Source: an uncultured Clostridium sp.
GTDB taxonomy: Bacteria > Bacillota > Clostridia > TANB77 > CAG-508
Assembly (NCBI GenBank): GCA_946500265.1
Contig: CAMMVE010000003.1
Location: 21,882 to 85,881 of the forward strand
Direction: 5' to 3'
DNA: 64,000 bases
Shown here piece after piece: positions 8,084 through 17,563 of the stretch. Position 1 is the stretch's first letter; the number at the start of each line of letters is the position of its first letter. The notes beneath the pieces are model-generated. The model made no database searches. It was not told the DNA's origin and saw only the letters and a list, made by a program, of their open reading frames with translations. A program made the position numbers and the translations under genes.

Positions 8084-8995
8084 ATGGAAAACGAGAAAAA
8101 ATTTAAGTCCGGTTTTGTTTCTATATTAGGTAGAACAAATGTAGGAAAATCGAGTATAATTAATAGTTTGGTTGGAGAAAAAGTTGCCGCAATTGCGAAC
8201 AAACCTCAAACTACCAGAACTGTAATAAGGGCTATTGTTAATAGACCAAATTCACAAATTATTTTTATTGATACTCCTGGCATTCACAAACCAAAGTCTA
8301 AACTTGGAAATGTAATGGTTGAAAATGCTTTTGAAGTGTCTAAAGATGTTGATGTTGTAATTTTTGTAGTTGAAGCCACTTCTGAGAATATTGGCAAAGG
8401 CGACAGAATGATTTTAGACAAGATAAAAGAAGCTAATAAAAAGACAATATTGGTTATCAATAAAATTGATTTAGTAGATAAAGCACAAGTTGCTAGTTTA
8501 ATTGATTTATTTAGCAAAGAGTATGACTTCGCGAGTATAATCCCAGTTTCTACAGTAAAAAATACAAATATAAATGTGATTTTGGATGAAATTGAAAATA
8601 ACCTTAAAGAAGGTCCAGCATATTATAATATAGAAGAATATACTGACCAAACTACAAGAGATTTAGTACAGGAGACTATTAGAGAAAAAGCGTTAAAACT
8701 TTTAAATGACGAAGTACCTCATGGAATTTTAGTTGAAGTAGATAAAATGAAAATGCGTAAAACCATGGAAAATGAAAAATTTTATAACATAGAAGCTACT
8801 ATTTATTGCTTGAGAGAATCTCATAAAGGCATAATTATAGGGAAAAATGGTAGCATGCTAAAGAAAATAGGAACGTATGCAAGAGAAGATTTAGAAAGAA
8901 TGTTAGGTATAAAAATAAATTTGAAGTTATGGGTAAAGGTTAGAGAGGATTGGATTAATAGTGATAAGTTTATCAAACCTTTCAAGGCATTTTAA
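8084..8995 (+). CDS. era: GTPase Era
   Basis: G1 GRTNVGKSS, G2-G4 motifs, C-terminal KH domain; followed by yqzL-like and recO as in Firmicutes. Confidence 0.9.
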   Translation: MENEKKFKSGFVSILGRTNVGKSSIINSLVGEKVAAIANKPQTTRTVIRAIVNRPNSQIIFIDTPGIHKPKSKLGNVMVENAFEVSKDVDVVIFVVEATSENIGKGDRMILDKIKEANKKTILVINKIDLVDKAQVASLIDLFSKEYDFASIIPVSTVKNTNINVILDEIENNLKEGPAYYNIEEYTDQTTRDLVQETIREKALKLLNDEVPHGILVEVDKMKMRKTMENEKFYNIEATIYCLRESHKGIIIGKNGSMLKKIGTYAREDLERMLGIKINLKLWVKVREDWINSDKFIKPFKAF

Positions 8996-9173
8996 AAATA
9001 AACTTCGCATTACGTCGTTAAAATTTAGATAAAAAATCGGTATATTTCTTAAAAAAAAGCTAATGATAAGGATAAAGAAGAAATAGGCAAAATGAAATTT
9101 TATAGTATTTATAAAATTCATGATATAACAAACAAAATATATTTGTTTATATTATTGCCTTACTGCTTTATGA

Positions 9174-9437
9174 ATGGAGATGATTAATTTGATTAAAAAG
9201 TTAGCCTGGAACACATTTAAAAACACAGGAGATATTAATACTTTTCTAGAATTAGTAGAGGTAGAAAATGTCGAAAAAAGTATGGGACTAGATGCAAATA
9301 AAGATATAGCAAAAGGTGAAAATATTATAGAAAATAATAATATAGCTTATAAAAATATGGTAGAGGCGGAAAAACAAAATGGGTTTAATAAAGGTGAAGG
9401 GAATAGTAATAGCGGAGAACAATATGAGCGACTTTGA
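9174..9437 (+). CDS. YqzL-family small protein
   Basis: N-terminal ..LAWNTFKNTGDINTFLELVE.. resembles YqzL (era-yqzL-recO context); overlaps recO start. Confidence 0.45.
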   Translation: MEMINLIKKLAWNTFKNTGDINTFLELVEVENVEKSMGLDANKDIAKGENIIENNNIAYKNMVEAEKQNGFNKGEGNSNSGEQYERL

Positions 9438-10107
9438 TAAAATGGTCACTATTTTGACTCCAAATGGTAAAATCGGGTGTGCTGCCAAAGGCGCAAGAAG
9501 ACCGAAAAGTCAGCTTATGGCAGCTACTCAATATTTATGCTTTGGTGAATATCTTATTTATCAAGGTGTCAGTACTTATCATATTAACTCATGTGAAGTT
9601 ACCGAAGTTTTCTATAATCTTAGAACGGATATAGACAAGCTTCAATATGCTGCACATATTACCAAAATAATTAACGATGTTACTGATGAAAACCAAAATA
9701 CATATAAAATTTTGCAGTTATTTTTGAATACTCTTTATGTATTATCTGAAACAGATAAAAACATGGATTTAGTAATTTCCATTTTTAAAATCAAATTAAT
9801 GAGTTTACTAGGATTTACACCTATTATTGATAGATGTGCCAATTGTAAGAAGACAGACAGCATATTAAATCACTTTAGCTTTAAAGATAGTGGCCTAAAA
9901 TGTGATGCATGTAGCAGAGCAGACAAGGGAGCTTTAGAAGTTTGTGAGGCTACTGTAAATGCTATAAAATATATAATAATGGCACCTCCTAAAAAACTTT
10001 TTTCATTCAACTTATCAGAGCAAGCGCTTAAGGAGCTTGAAATTATTGCTAATTTATATTTAAATGATAAATTAGACAAAGAATACAAATTAGAAAAATT
10101 CTTTTAA
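9379..10107 (+). CDS. recO: DNA repair protein RecO
   Basis: N-term ..GIVI..KMVTILT..GKIGCAAKGARRPKS.. and C-terminal CxxC...CxxC zinc finger. Confidence 0.85.
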   Translation: MGLIKVKGIVIAENNMSDFDKMVTILTPNGKIGCAAKGARRPKSQLMAATQYLCFGEYLIYQGVSTYHINSCEVTEVFYNLRTDIDKLQYAAHITKIINDVTDENQNTYKILQLFLNTLYVLSETDKNMDLVISIFKIKLMSLLGFTPIIDRCANCKKTDSILNHFSFKDSGLKCDACSRADKGALEVCEATVNAIKYIIMAPPKKLFSFNLSEQALKELEIIANLYLNDKLDKEYKLEKFF

Positions 10108-10142
10108 AAAATATATGATTTTTATTTTGAAGTTAATAGAAT

Positions 10143-10198
10143 ATGCAAAATTACTATTTGATTCATCTTAACCATCAAATAGTAATTTTGCATTTTTG
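10143..10198 (+). terminator. Strong intrinsic terminator after recO
   Basis: Perfect 19-bp stem ATGCAAAATTACTATTTGA/TCAAATAGTAATTTTGCAT, 12-nt loop, then TTTTTG. Confidence 0.7.
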
Positions 10199-10285
10199 TT
10201 CTCTATAAAATATTCTTGTTTTTTCTCTCCGTTCCACAAAAGAAGAATGTGCTTAGAACCTTACTCTCCCAGTAAAAACAAAATT

Positions 10286-10314
10286 TGACATAAAAATTAA
10301 AATATGATATACTA
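10286..10314 (+). promoter_or_regulatory. Putative promoter TTGACA-17-TATACT (TG-extended)
   Basis: TTGACA 10286-10291 ... TGATATACT. Confidence 0.4.
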
Positions 10315-10374
10315 AATCAGCTAAAAGTATTAATAACAGATAATGAAATAGCATTATCTAAAGGAGAAAGATAA

Positions 10375-11619
10375 ATGAGAGACACTATAAATTTTGGCAT
10401 AGGATTTGTTACAGGTAGACCAAATGTCTGTAAGGTAATTAATAGTACATACGAAAGATTAATAAACCAATTTAAAGATAGTGAGAAAAAAGTAAATATT
10501 ACAATATTTATTTTATTTGATTTAGGCTATCAATTTACTACAAGAATTGATTTTTATGGAGTAATTCCAAATGTATATAAAGATATAAAAGTTCAATATA
10601 TTACTCCAGAAGATATTGAAGAAGAGAAAAAAAGATTAATAGGACAAGAAATTCTTACAAAGCAAGAGTCAGAGTTGTACTTCGGTCATGGACATGCAAA
10701 AGGTAGAAATACTTTAATGTACTATGCTAAAAAGGCGAAAATGGATTATTTATTATTCTGGGATGATGATGAATACCCAGTTGCATGTATTAAAGAAGAA
10801 GGCTCAAATGATGTTATATGGAAAGAGCAAGATAACATTGCAATGCACCTAAAATACATAAAAGATGCTGATGTTACAATTGGATATCATTGTGGATATA
10901 TTTCTCCAATTCCATATGTTGAGCTTGATGAAGATGTTGACGAAGAAAAGTTTAAATACTATATAGAAGCACTTGGAAATGATATTATTTCTTGGGATTC
11001 AATAAAAGAAAAATTTAAGAAATATAATGGAATTACATATGCTGACAAAGATTTAGCTAATGGTATTGGAGCATATGAAATAAAGAAAGCAGGCGCTGGA
11101 AAATGGGTTGCAGGTTCAACATTATGTTTGAATCTTAACCACTTATCAAAAATTCCTGCATTCTATAATCCAGAAGATGCAAGAGGAGAAGATACTTTCT
11201 TTTCAACACAACTGATAAATTCAAAAGTTATAAAAGTGCCAGTATATCACTTCCATGATGGATTTTTAAAATACACAAATATTGCAAGACAGAAATATCC
11301 TAAAACATTGCGAAAAATAAGATCATCGGAAGAACAAATAGAACAGAGATTTTTCAAAGCTTCTAGAGGTTGGATTAGGTATAAGCCTTTATTAGAATAT
11401 GTATCTGATAAAGAAAATTATGCTGAAAAAATTAAGGAAACTCGAAGCAAACTAGAGTGTGGAATACCAGAAGTTAACAAATTATTTGATAATTCTGACT
11501 TTACTGTTCTTTTAGATGATTTGGATAAATACGATAAAAATGTAAAAAAACATTATAACGAAATGATTAAGACTAATGAAGTTTGGAACAAACTAAAAAC
11601 TATAAAAACAGAAAAATAG
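10375..11619 (+). CDS. Hypothetical protein, possible nucleotide-sugar transferase (DDDE/DxD motif)
   Basis: AAGGAG before ATG; 414-aa ORF with typical codon usage; ..LLFWDDDEYP.. motif; no confident family assignment. Confidence 0.55.
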   Translation: MRDTINFGIGFVTGRPNVCKVINSTYERLINQFKDSEKKVNITIFILFDLGYQFTTRIDFYGVIPNVYKDIKVQYITPEDIEEEKKRLIGQEILTKQESELYFGHGHAKGRNTLMYYAKKAKMDYLLFWDDDEYPVACIKEEGSNDVIWKEQDNIAMHLKYIKDADVTIGYHCGYISPIPYVELDEDVDEEKFKYYIEALGNDIISWDSIKEKFKKYNGITYADKDLANGIGAYEIKKAGAGKWVAGSTLCLNLNHLSKIPAFYNPEDARGEDTFFSTQLINSKVIKVPVYHFHDGFLKYTNIARQKYPKTLRKIRSSEEQIEQRFFKASRGWIRYKPLLEYVSDKENYAEKIKETRSKLECGIPEVNKLFDNSDFTVLLDDLDKYDKNVKKHYNEMIKTNEVWNKLKTIKTEK

Positions 11620-11706
11620 TTAATTTTATTGTTATTTAAGTTTGTATAATAAATTATTAGCAAAATATATTGCTAGTCTAATAAAACTTTAATTAGGAGG
11701 AAAGTT

Positions 11707-12675
11707 ATGGAAAAAATACCTTGCATAAGTGTAGTAATACCTGCTTATAATGCAGGAAAGTATATTGAAAAATGTATTCAAAGTATTATATCGCAGGATT
11801 TTAAAGACATGGAGATAATAATTATTAATGATGGCTCAACAGATAATACAAAGGAAATCTGCGAAAAATACGTAAAAATGGATAGCAGAATTAAATTAAC
11901 AACAACAGAAAACAGAGGAGCTGGAAGTGCCAGAAATACAGGAATAAGTAAAGCACAAGGAACATTCATTGCCTTAATAGATGCAGATGATTATATTTGT
12001 GAGGGATACTTTTCAAGATTATATAAGATGATTACAGAAACTAACTCGGATATAGCAGAAGGACATTATAAAAGAGTAAGGTCATATGTTGAAGAAGTGT
12101 TTACAAATACTGGAGAACAAAAAGAATTGACAAACATGGAGAAGTTATTGGTACTCTATGGGGAAGATGAAGGAGAATATATTAATTCAGTAATTGTAAC
12201 TAATAAATTATACAGAAAAGAATTATTCGAAAATGCAAAATTTCCAGTAAATCGTATAATAGATGATGAGTTTATTATGTACAAACTTATATATAATAGC
12301 AAAAAAGTAGTATCAACATCAGACATAATGTATGCATATGTACAAAGTGAAGAAAGCATTATGCGAGCTAGTTTTAAAGAAAGAAGAGTTCACGATACTT
12401 TAGATGTTTATGATGAAGTATATGATTTCTTTAAAGATAAGAACAATGATGAGTTAATTCAAAAGATATTAATCAGATATTTAGGATATGGAATAGAGTT
12501 AACACAAAAAACAAGTAGATCAAAAGATATTCAAGATAAAAGCAAGGTATATGAATTTATAAAAAACAAGTTTGAAGAAAAAGCAAAAATTGCGGAGGAA
12601 AAATTGGATAGAGAGATATATGAAAAAATTAGTAAAGAATTCTATGGAGCGCTAGAAGTAGCACAAAGAGAATAA
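11707..12675 (+). CDS. Family 2 glycosyltransferase
   Basis: N-terminal ISVVIPAYNAGKYIEKCIQSI..IIIINDGSTDNT.. and DADD motif. Confidence 0.8.
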   Translation: MEKIPCISVVIPAYNAGKYIEKCIQSIISQDFKDMEIIIINDGSTDNTKEICEKYVKMDSRIKLTTTENRGAGSARNTGISKAQGTFIALIDADDYICEGYFSRLYKMITETNSDIAEGHYKRVRSYVEEVFTNTGEQKELTNMEKLLVLYGEDEGEYINSVIVTNKLYRKELFENAKFPVNRIIDDEFIMYKLIYNSKKVVSTSDIMYAYVQSEESIMRASFKERRVHDTLDVYDEVYDFFKDKNNDELIQKILIRYLGYGIELTQKTSRSKDIQDKSKVYEFIKNKFEEKAKIAEEKLDREIYEKISKEFYGALEVAQRE

Positions 12676-12681
12676 AAGGAG

Positions 12682-13182
12682 ATGGCCATGAAAGTTGTAT
12701 TTATTTCTAACTTTTTAACACATCATCAAGTTCCATTTTGCTTAGAAATGCAAAAAAGACTAGGAGACGATTTCAAATTTATTTCAACTGTAAAAATATT
12801 TGACTGGAGATTAAAATTAGGATTTAAGGACCTAGATAATGAATACGATTTTGTTGTAAAAGCATATAAAGATGCACAAACATGGAAATATGCTAAAAAG
12901 CTAGCAAATGAAAGTGATGTTGTAATAATAGGTTCAACTACAGATGACTTGATAGAAGAAAGATTAAGACAAGATAAGCTAATTTTCAGATATAGAGCAA
13001 GAGTTTTTATATTTCCAGATGGATTTTTCAAAACAGCATGCGATTTAGACAAGTTAAAATTATTTTATGGAAGACATTTAAAGTATAGAAAGAATGAAAA
13101 CTTATATTTACTATGTGCAAATGCATATGGACCTGAAGATTTTAGAAAGTTAGGTTTGTATAAAAATAAAATATACAAATGA
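12682..13182 (+). CDS. Hypothetical protein (polysaccharide-cluster context)
   Basis: 166-aa ORF with GGAG before ATG; may be first half of a gene split by frameshift (frame of 13184 ORF open from 13154). Confidence 0.45.
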   Translation: MAMKVVFISNFLTHHQVPFCLEMQKRLGDDFKFISTVKIFDWRLKLGFKDLDNEYDFVVKAYKDAQTWKYAKKLANESDVVIIGSTTDDLIEERLRQDKLIFRYRARVFIFPDGFFKTACDLDKLKLFYGRHLKYRKNENLYLLCANAYGPEDFRKLGLYKNKIYK

Positions 13183-13183
13183 T

Positions 13184-13441
13184 GTGCTATTTGTATACAA
13201 TGGAGTGATGAAATCGAATTCATATTTAATAGCTGATTTCCCTGTTCATCATTATATTAGTGGAAGAAAAAATAGTATGACAACAACATTAAATTTAAAA
13301 AATATTTATGACACTGTAGATAATATTAGAGATATGCTAGAATTAAAAAAGCAAAGTGATACAGTAGAAATTAACACAAGAATAAAAAGAGAAATTGATA
13401 TGTGTAAAAAGCGTTTAGAGGATATATATTATTCAATGTAA
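13184..13441 (+). CDS. Hypothetical small protein (GTG start), possibly 3' part of preceding gene
   Basis: 85-aa ORF overlapping frame of upstream gene. Confidence 0.3.
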   Translation: MLFVYNGVMKSNSYLIADFPVHHYISGRKNSMTTTLNLKNIYDTVDNIRDMLELKKQSDTVEINTRIKREIDMCKKRLEDIYYSM

Positions 13442-13464
13442 CAAATTGATAAAGGGTGAAAAAA

Positions 13465-14028
13465 ATGTATATAATTGTAGGACTGGGAAACCCAGAGCCT
13501 GAGTATTCTAATACAAGGCATAATATGGGATTTGATGTGATTAATAAAATTGCACAAGATAATGATATTAGTCTTAATAAAACCAAATTTAATGCTATAT
13601 ATGGTACTGGAATTATACAAAGTGAAAAAGTGATTTTGATAAAACCACAAACATATATGAATAATAGTGGGGAAGCGGTAAAAAAGTTTGTAGAATTCTA
13701 TAAAGAACCTTTGGAAAACTTGATAGTAATTTATGATGATATGGATACAGAAATAGGAACAATTAGAGTAAGAGCAAAGGGAGGACCTGGCTCACATAAT
13801 GGAATGAAATCAATGGTTCATGAACTTGGCTCAGAAGATTTTCCACGAATTAGGGTTGGAATTGGAAAACCAGCTAATGAATTTGACAGAATCAATTATG
13901 TTATTGGCAGAATAGATGCTGAAGAATATGCCAAACTTCAAGAAGGACAAAATTTGGCAGTTAAAGCAGTATCCTGTTGGATACGAGAAGGAATAGACAA
14001 TACAATGAATAAGTTTAATAATAAATAA
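13465..14028 (+). CDS. pth: Peptidyl-tRNA hydrolase
   Basis: MYIIVGLGNPEPEYSNTRHNMGF.. canonical Pth N-terminus; ATG 13465 with AAGGGTG SD. Confidence 0.9.
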   Translation: MYIIVGLGNPEPEYSNTRHNMGFDVINKIAQDNDISLNKTKFNAIYGTGIIQSEKVILIKPQTYMNNSGEAVKKFVEFYKEPLENLIVIYDDMDTEIGTIRVRAKGGPGSHNGMKSMVHELGSEDFPRIRVGIGKPANEFDRINYVIGRIDAEEYAKLQEGQNLAVKAVSCWIREGIDNTMNKFNNK

Positions 14029-14044
14029 GAATGGATAGAAGAAA

Positions 14045-15235
14045 ATGCAAGAGTTATTAATAGACGTAGACAACGAAAATAAGAAAATATTATTAGTAGA
14101 AAATGGAAAGTTAATAGAAAAATATGAGGAAAATCCGGGAAGAGATAGGCTTGAAGGAAATATCTTTTTAGGAATTGTAGAAAATATACTTCCTGGAATG
14201 CAAGCAGCATTTGTTAATATTGGGAAAGAGAAAAATACATTTATACATATTAGAGATGTTGTTCCAAAAATAAGCGAAGTAACTGGAAATAAAAATGAAA
14301 ATTTTGGCAACTATAATATAAAAGATTATCTTAAAGTTGGTATGCCAATTATGGTACAAGTAAAAAAAGATAGCACAAACAAAAAAGGTGCTAGAATTTC
14401 TATGCATATTAGCATACCAGGAAGATTTATTGTACTAATTCCAAATGAAAAATTCATTACTTTATCTCAAAAAATAGATAACAAAGAAGAAAGAGAAAAA
14501 CTACTTAGCATAGTAAAAGAAAATATACCAGAGGGATATGGTGCTATAATAAGAACCTCTGCTATGGGAAAAGAAAAAGAAGAAATTATTACAGATATAA
14601 AAAGAACTGTAGAGACATATAAAAATGTAGAACAAGCTTTTGAAAAAGCCAAACAACAAAAAAATTTACAGCCAAAAATGATTTATAAAAGCGAAAATGT
14701 GGTACAAAGACTACTCACAGATTTGATGGATCAAGATTTATATCGAATTTGCACAAACGACGAAAAAGAATATAACGAAATTTCTAAAAGGCTGAAAGAG
14801 GCAAACAAAACTATAAAATTAGAAATGCAAGCTAATATTTTAGACATGTATAATATAAAAAATCAGTTAGAAGAATTAGAAAATAGGAAAATATGGTTAA
14901 AATGCGGAGGATTTATTACAATAGATAAAACAGAAGCATTAACAGCAATTGATGTAAATTCAGGAAAATACACGGGGAAAAAAGACTTAGAACAAACAAT
15001 TTTTACAGTAAATAAAGAAGCAACAATAGAAATAGCAAGACAACTACGATTAAGAGATATCGGAGGAATAATAATAATTGATTATATAGACATGCAAAAC
15101 AAAGAAAACGAAGAAAAAATATTAGAATTGCTTAGAGAAAACTTGAAAAAAGATAGATCAAAAACTCAAATAGTAGGATTTTCAAAATTAAACTTATTAG
15201 AAATGACACGTAAGCATATGTGTAGCAATGACTGA
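14045..15235 (+). CDS. rng: RNase E/G-family ribonuclease (S1 + catalytic domain), apparently short at C-terminus
   Basis: S1 domain, ..DVNSGKYTG.. and ..LLEMTRKH; ends MCSND* directly at palindromic repeat; full-length homologs recalled as ~450-500 aa. Confidence 0.75.
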   Translation: MQELLIDVDNENKKILLVENGKLIEKYEENPGRDRLEGNIFLGIVENILPGMQAAFVNIGKEKNTFIHIRDVVPKISEVTGNKNENFGNYNIKDYLKVGMPIMVQVKKDSTNKKGARISMHISIPGRFIVLIPNEKFITLSQKIDNKEEREKLLSIVKENIPEGYGAIIRTSAMGKEKEEIITDIKRTVETYKNVEQAFEKAKQQKNLQPKMIYKSENVVQRLLTDLMDQDLYRICTNDEKEYNEISKRLKEANKTIKLEMQANILDMYNIKNQLEELENRKIWLKCGGFITIDKTEALTAIDVNSGKYTGKKDLEQTIFTVNKEATIEIARQLRLRDIGGIIIIDYIDMQNKENEEKILELLRENLKKDRSKTQIVGFSKLNLLEMTRKHMCSND

Positions 15236-15333
15236 GACAAGGGGACAGTCCCCTCGTCTCAGTTTTGAACAGAAGGGACACTCCTTTTTGTTCAAGTTTT
15301 TGAACTTTTTGGAGTGTCCCTTCTGTTCAAGTT
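15236..15333. repeat. A-type palindromic element (two hairpins; perfect 21-bp inverted repeat CTTGAACAGAAGGGACACTCC) between convergent genes
   Basis: CTGAGACAAGGGGACAGTCCCCTCGTCTCAG then CTTGAACAGAAGGGACACTCC...GGAGTGTCCCTTCTGTTCAAG; likely bidirectional terminator. Confidence 0.65.
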
Positions 15334-15338
15334 CAATA

Positions 15339-17087
15339 TTAAGCATTTCCCAAAATTAATTTTAATTCTTCTTGTCTTTTTACTTTTTGGGTTGTTGTTT
15401 TTATAAGTGGGGTTTCTGTCAAAATTAATTCACGTATATATTTATATGCTGGCATTTTATGATTTACATTTATTTTTATATCTTCCCAAACTTTCTTATA
15501 TAAATCTTCTTTTGAAATTCCTGGGAAGTTTTGCTCTACATATTCTTGATTATATACAAGTTTAACACAAATTTTATAATCGCCATCAGGCTCAGGTCTT
15601 CCAAACACCATGCTTTCTGAAACATATGGTAGTTTATTTACCAATATTTCTAGTTCCTCTGGGAAAATATTTTTTCCATTCTTTAATACTATTACATCTT
15701 TCTTTCGTCCAGTTATAAATAAGAATCCATCTTTATCAAAATATCCTAAGTCGCCAGTATAAAACCAGTCATCTTTCATGACCTCTTTTGTTGCTTCTGG
15801 ATTATTTACATACCCAAGCATTACTGTTGGAGACTGTACAGCAATTTCACCAATTCCATCTTTATCTGGATTTGCAATTTTTACATTAATTCCAGGAAGT
15901 GGAAAGCCTACAGAACCACATCTTTTAAATTTATCGTTTTCGCCTGCTACAACAGGAGAAGTTTCTGTTAATCCATATCCTTGTAATAAATTTATGCCTA
16001 AATCTAAAAATCCTTGAATTGCATCTCTACTCATTGCTGCTCCACCAGCAATTAAAATTCTAATCTTTCCACCAAGATTATCTAAAACTTGTTTGAAAAC
16101 TTTTCTTCTAATATCAATTCCTACTTTTAATAGACCATTGCATATTTTAGTCATTCTATTTACAAGCTTAGTTTTACCTTGCTCTTCAATACCCTTTTTA
16201 ATTTTTTTATACATAATTTCTAGCATTAAAGGAACACATACAAAACCAGTAACTTTAAATTCTTTTAAATTTTTTTGTACGTATTTTATACCATCACAAA
16301 ATGCTACGGTTATACCTGAAAAGGTACCATATAAAAAAGTACATGTGGATTCAAATGTATGATGTAAAGGAAGAAAAGATAAGAAAGTATCTTCTTTTCT
16401 AATATCAGTCATTTGAGCTAAGGAGTATATATCTTCACAAATATTAGACTGAGAAAGTGCTACTGCTTTTGATATTGATGTAGTTCCTGATGTGAATAGC
16501 ATTATAGACATTTTATCGTTTTCGATTTTTACATTATCATATCTAGTATCACCATTTAAAATTAGCGAATGTCCTTTATGTATTAAGTTTGAGTAATTGT
16601 CAAATTCATCTAAGTTATCCATACAAATAAAATGAGACAATTTAGATTTTTTATTCGTAGCTAAATTTTTAAATACTTCTTCATATTTTTTATCAAAAAT
16701 AACTGCCTCAGCCTCACTACGTATTATTAAATCTTCAATTTCATTGTTTGGCAAAGCTCTATCAAGTGGAACAACTATCATGTCTGATGTAGTAATTGCA
16801 AGATAGCTAACACACCATTCATATCTATTTGGAGAAATAATTGCAACTTTTTTCTTAGTTAATCCCAAATTAATTAATGATGTGCCAAGAGCTTTAATAT
16901 CTTCAATAAACTCTGCATATGTGATTTTTACATGCTCAGTTGCATTAGGAGTTTTTTTGAATTCAAAAGCTACTTTGTCAGAATATAATTTGGAATATCT
17001 TGCAACCAATTCTCTAAAGTTATTTATTTTATCTGCGTCATATAATTTATTTTTAAACTTCATATTTGGCATTCCTCCAATTTCCAA
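15339..17087 (-). CDS. Long-chain fatty acid-CoA ligase (AMP-binding enzyme)
   Basis: AMP-binding motif LFTSGTTSISKAV, ..YGLTE.., 582 aa; GGAGG before start. Confidence 0.85.
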   Translation of the reverse strand: MEIGGMPNMKFKNKLYDADKINNFRELVARYSKLYSDKVAFEFKKTPNATEHVKITYAEFIEDIKALGTSLINLGLTKKKVAIISPNRYEWCVSYLAITTSDMIVVPLDRALPNNEIEDLIIRSEAEAVIFDKKYEEVFKNLATNKKSKLSHFICMDNLDEFDNYSNLIHKGHSLILNGDTRYDNVKIENDKMSIMLFTSGTTSISKAVALSQSNICEDIYSLAQMTDIRKEDTFLSFLPLHHTFESTCTFLYGTFSGITVAFCDGIKYVQKNLKEFKVTGFVCVPLMLEIMYKKIKKGIEEQGKTKLVNRMTKICNGLLKVGIDIRRKVFKQVLDNLGGKIRILIAGGAAMSRDAIQGFLDLGINLLQGYGLTETSPVVAGENDKFKRCGSVGFPLPGINVKIANPDKDGIGEIAVQSPTVMLGYVNNPEATKEVMKDDWFYTGDLGYFDKDGFLFITGRKKDVIVLKNGKNIFPEELEILVNKLPYVSESMVFGRPEPDGDYKICVKLVYNQEYVEQNFPGISKEDLYKKVWEDIKINVNHKMPAYKYIRELILTETPLIKTTTQKVKRQEELKLILGNA

Positions 17088-17192
17088 ATTTTTACGTATA
17101 TATTGTATATTATTAATATGTCGAATTCAAGAAAATTTTGTAAATAAATAAAAAATCTATTTTTTTTTCAAAAACAAATTTAAGCAAACTAC

Positions 17193-17221
17193 TTGAAAAA
17201 GAAATGCTGTTAAGGTAGAAT
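17193..17221 (+). promoter_or_regulatory. Promoter of cassette copy 3 (TTGAAA-17-TAGAAT)
   Basis: -35 17193-17198, -10 17216-17221; A-rich UP-like tract upstream. Confidence 0.45.
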
Positions 17222-17563
17222 AAAGGCATACTAAGATAAAAAAAGTAAAAGGATTAAAAAAATACAAAGGAGAAAAAATGAGAATGCATAGAACCATTGA
17301 TACTGTAGAGAGAGAGAGAGAGAGAGAGTAGAATTTAGAGAAACTAGCTTTTTTTGTGATGCAAAAAAAGTAGTAAATATATTAAAGATAGAAACAATAA
17401 ATATATGTGCAAATAAAGCAGATTATCAAGAAGTATTAGGAGTTTTTGAAATTCTAATGCTAACGGATAGTCTGTTTTTTTGGTGAGTTTATTAAAAACA
17501 AAATAAAGAGATAATAATAAAAGAAAGATTAAAATTTTAAGAAAACGGAGGTACAAAAAGAAA
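17222..17563 (+). promoter_or_regulatory. 5' leader copy 3 (uORF 17278-17331 MRMHRTIDTVERERERE, (AG)11, GGATAGTCTGTTTTTTT 17464-17480)
   Basis: Diverged but alignable to leaders at 914 and 3976; same order of elements. Confidence 0.4.
17307..17328. repeat. (AG)11 microsatellite
   Basis: Perfect AG x11. Confidence 0.95.
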
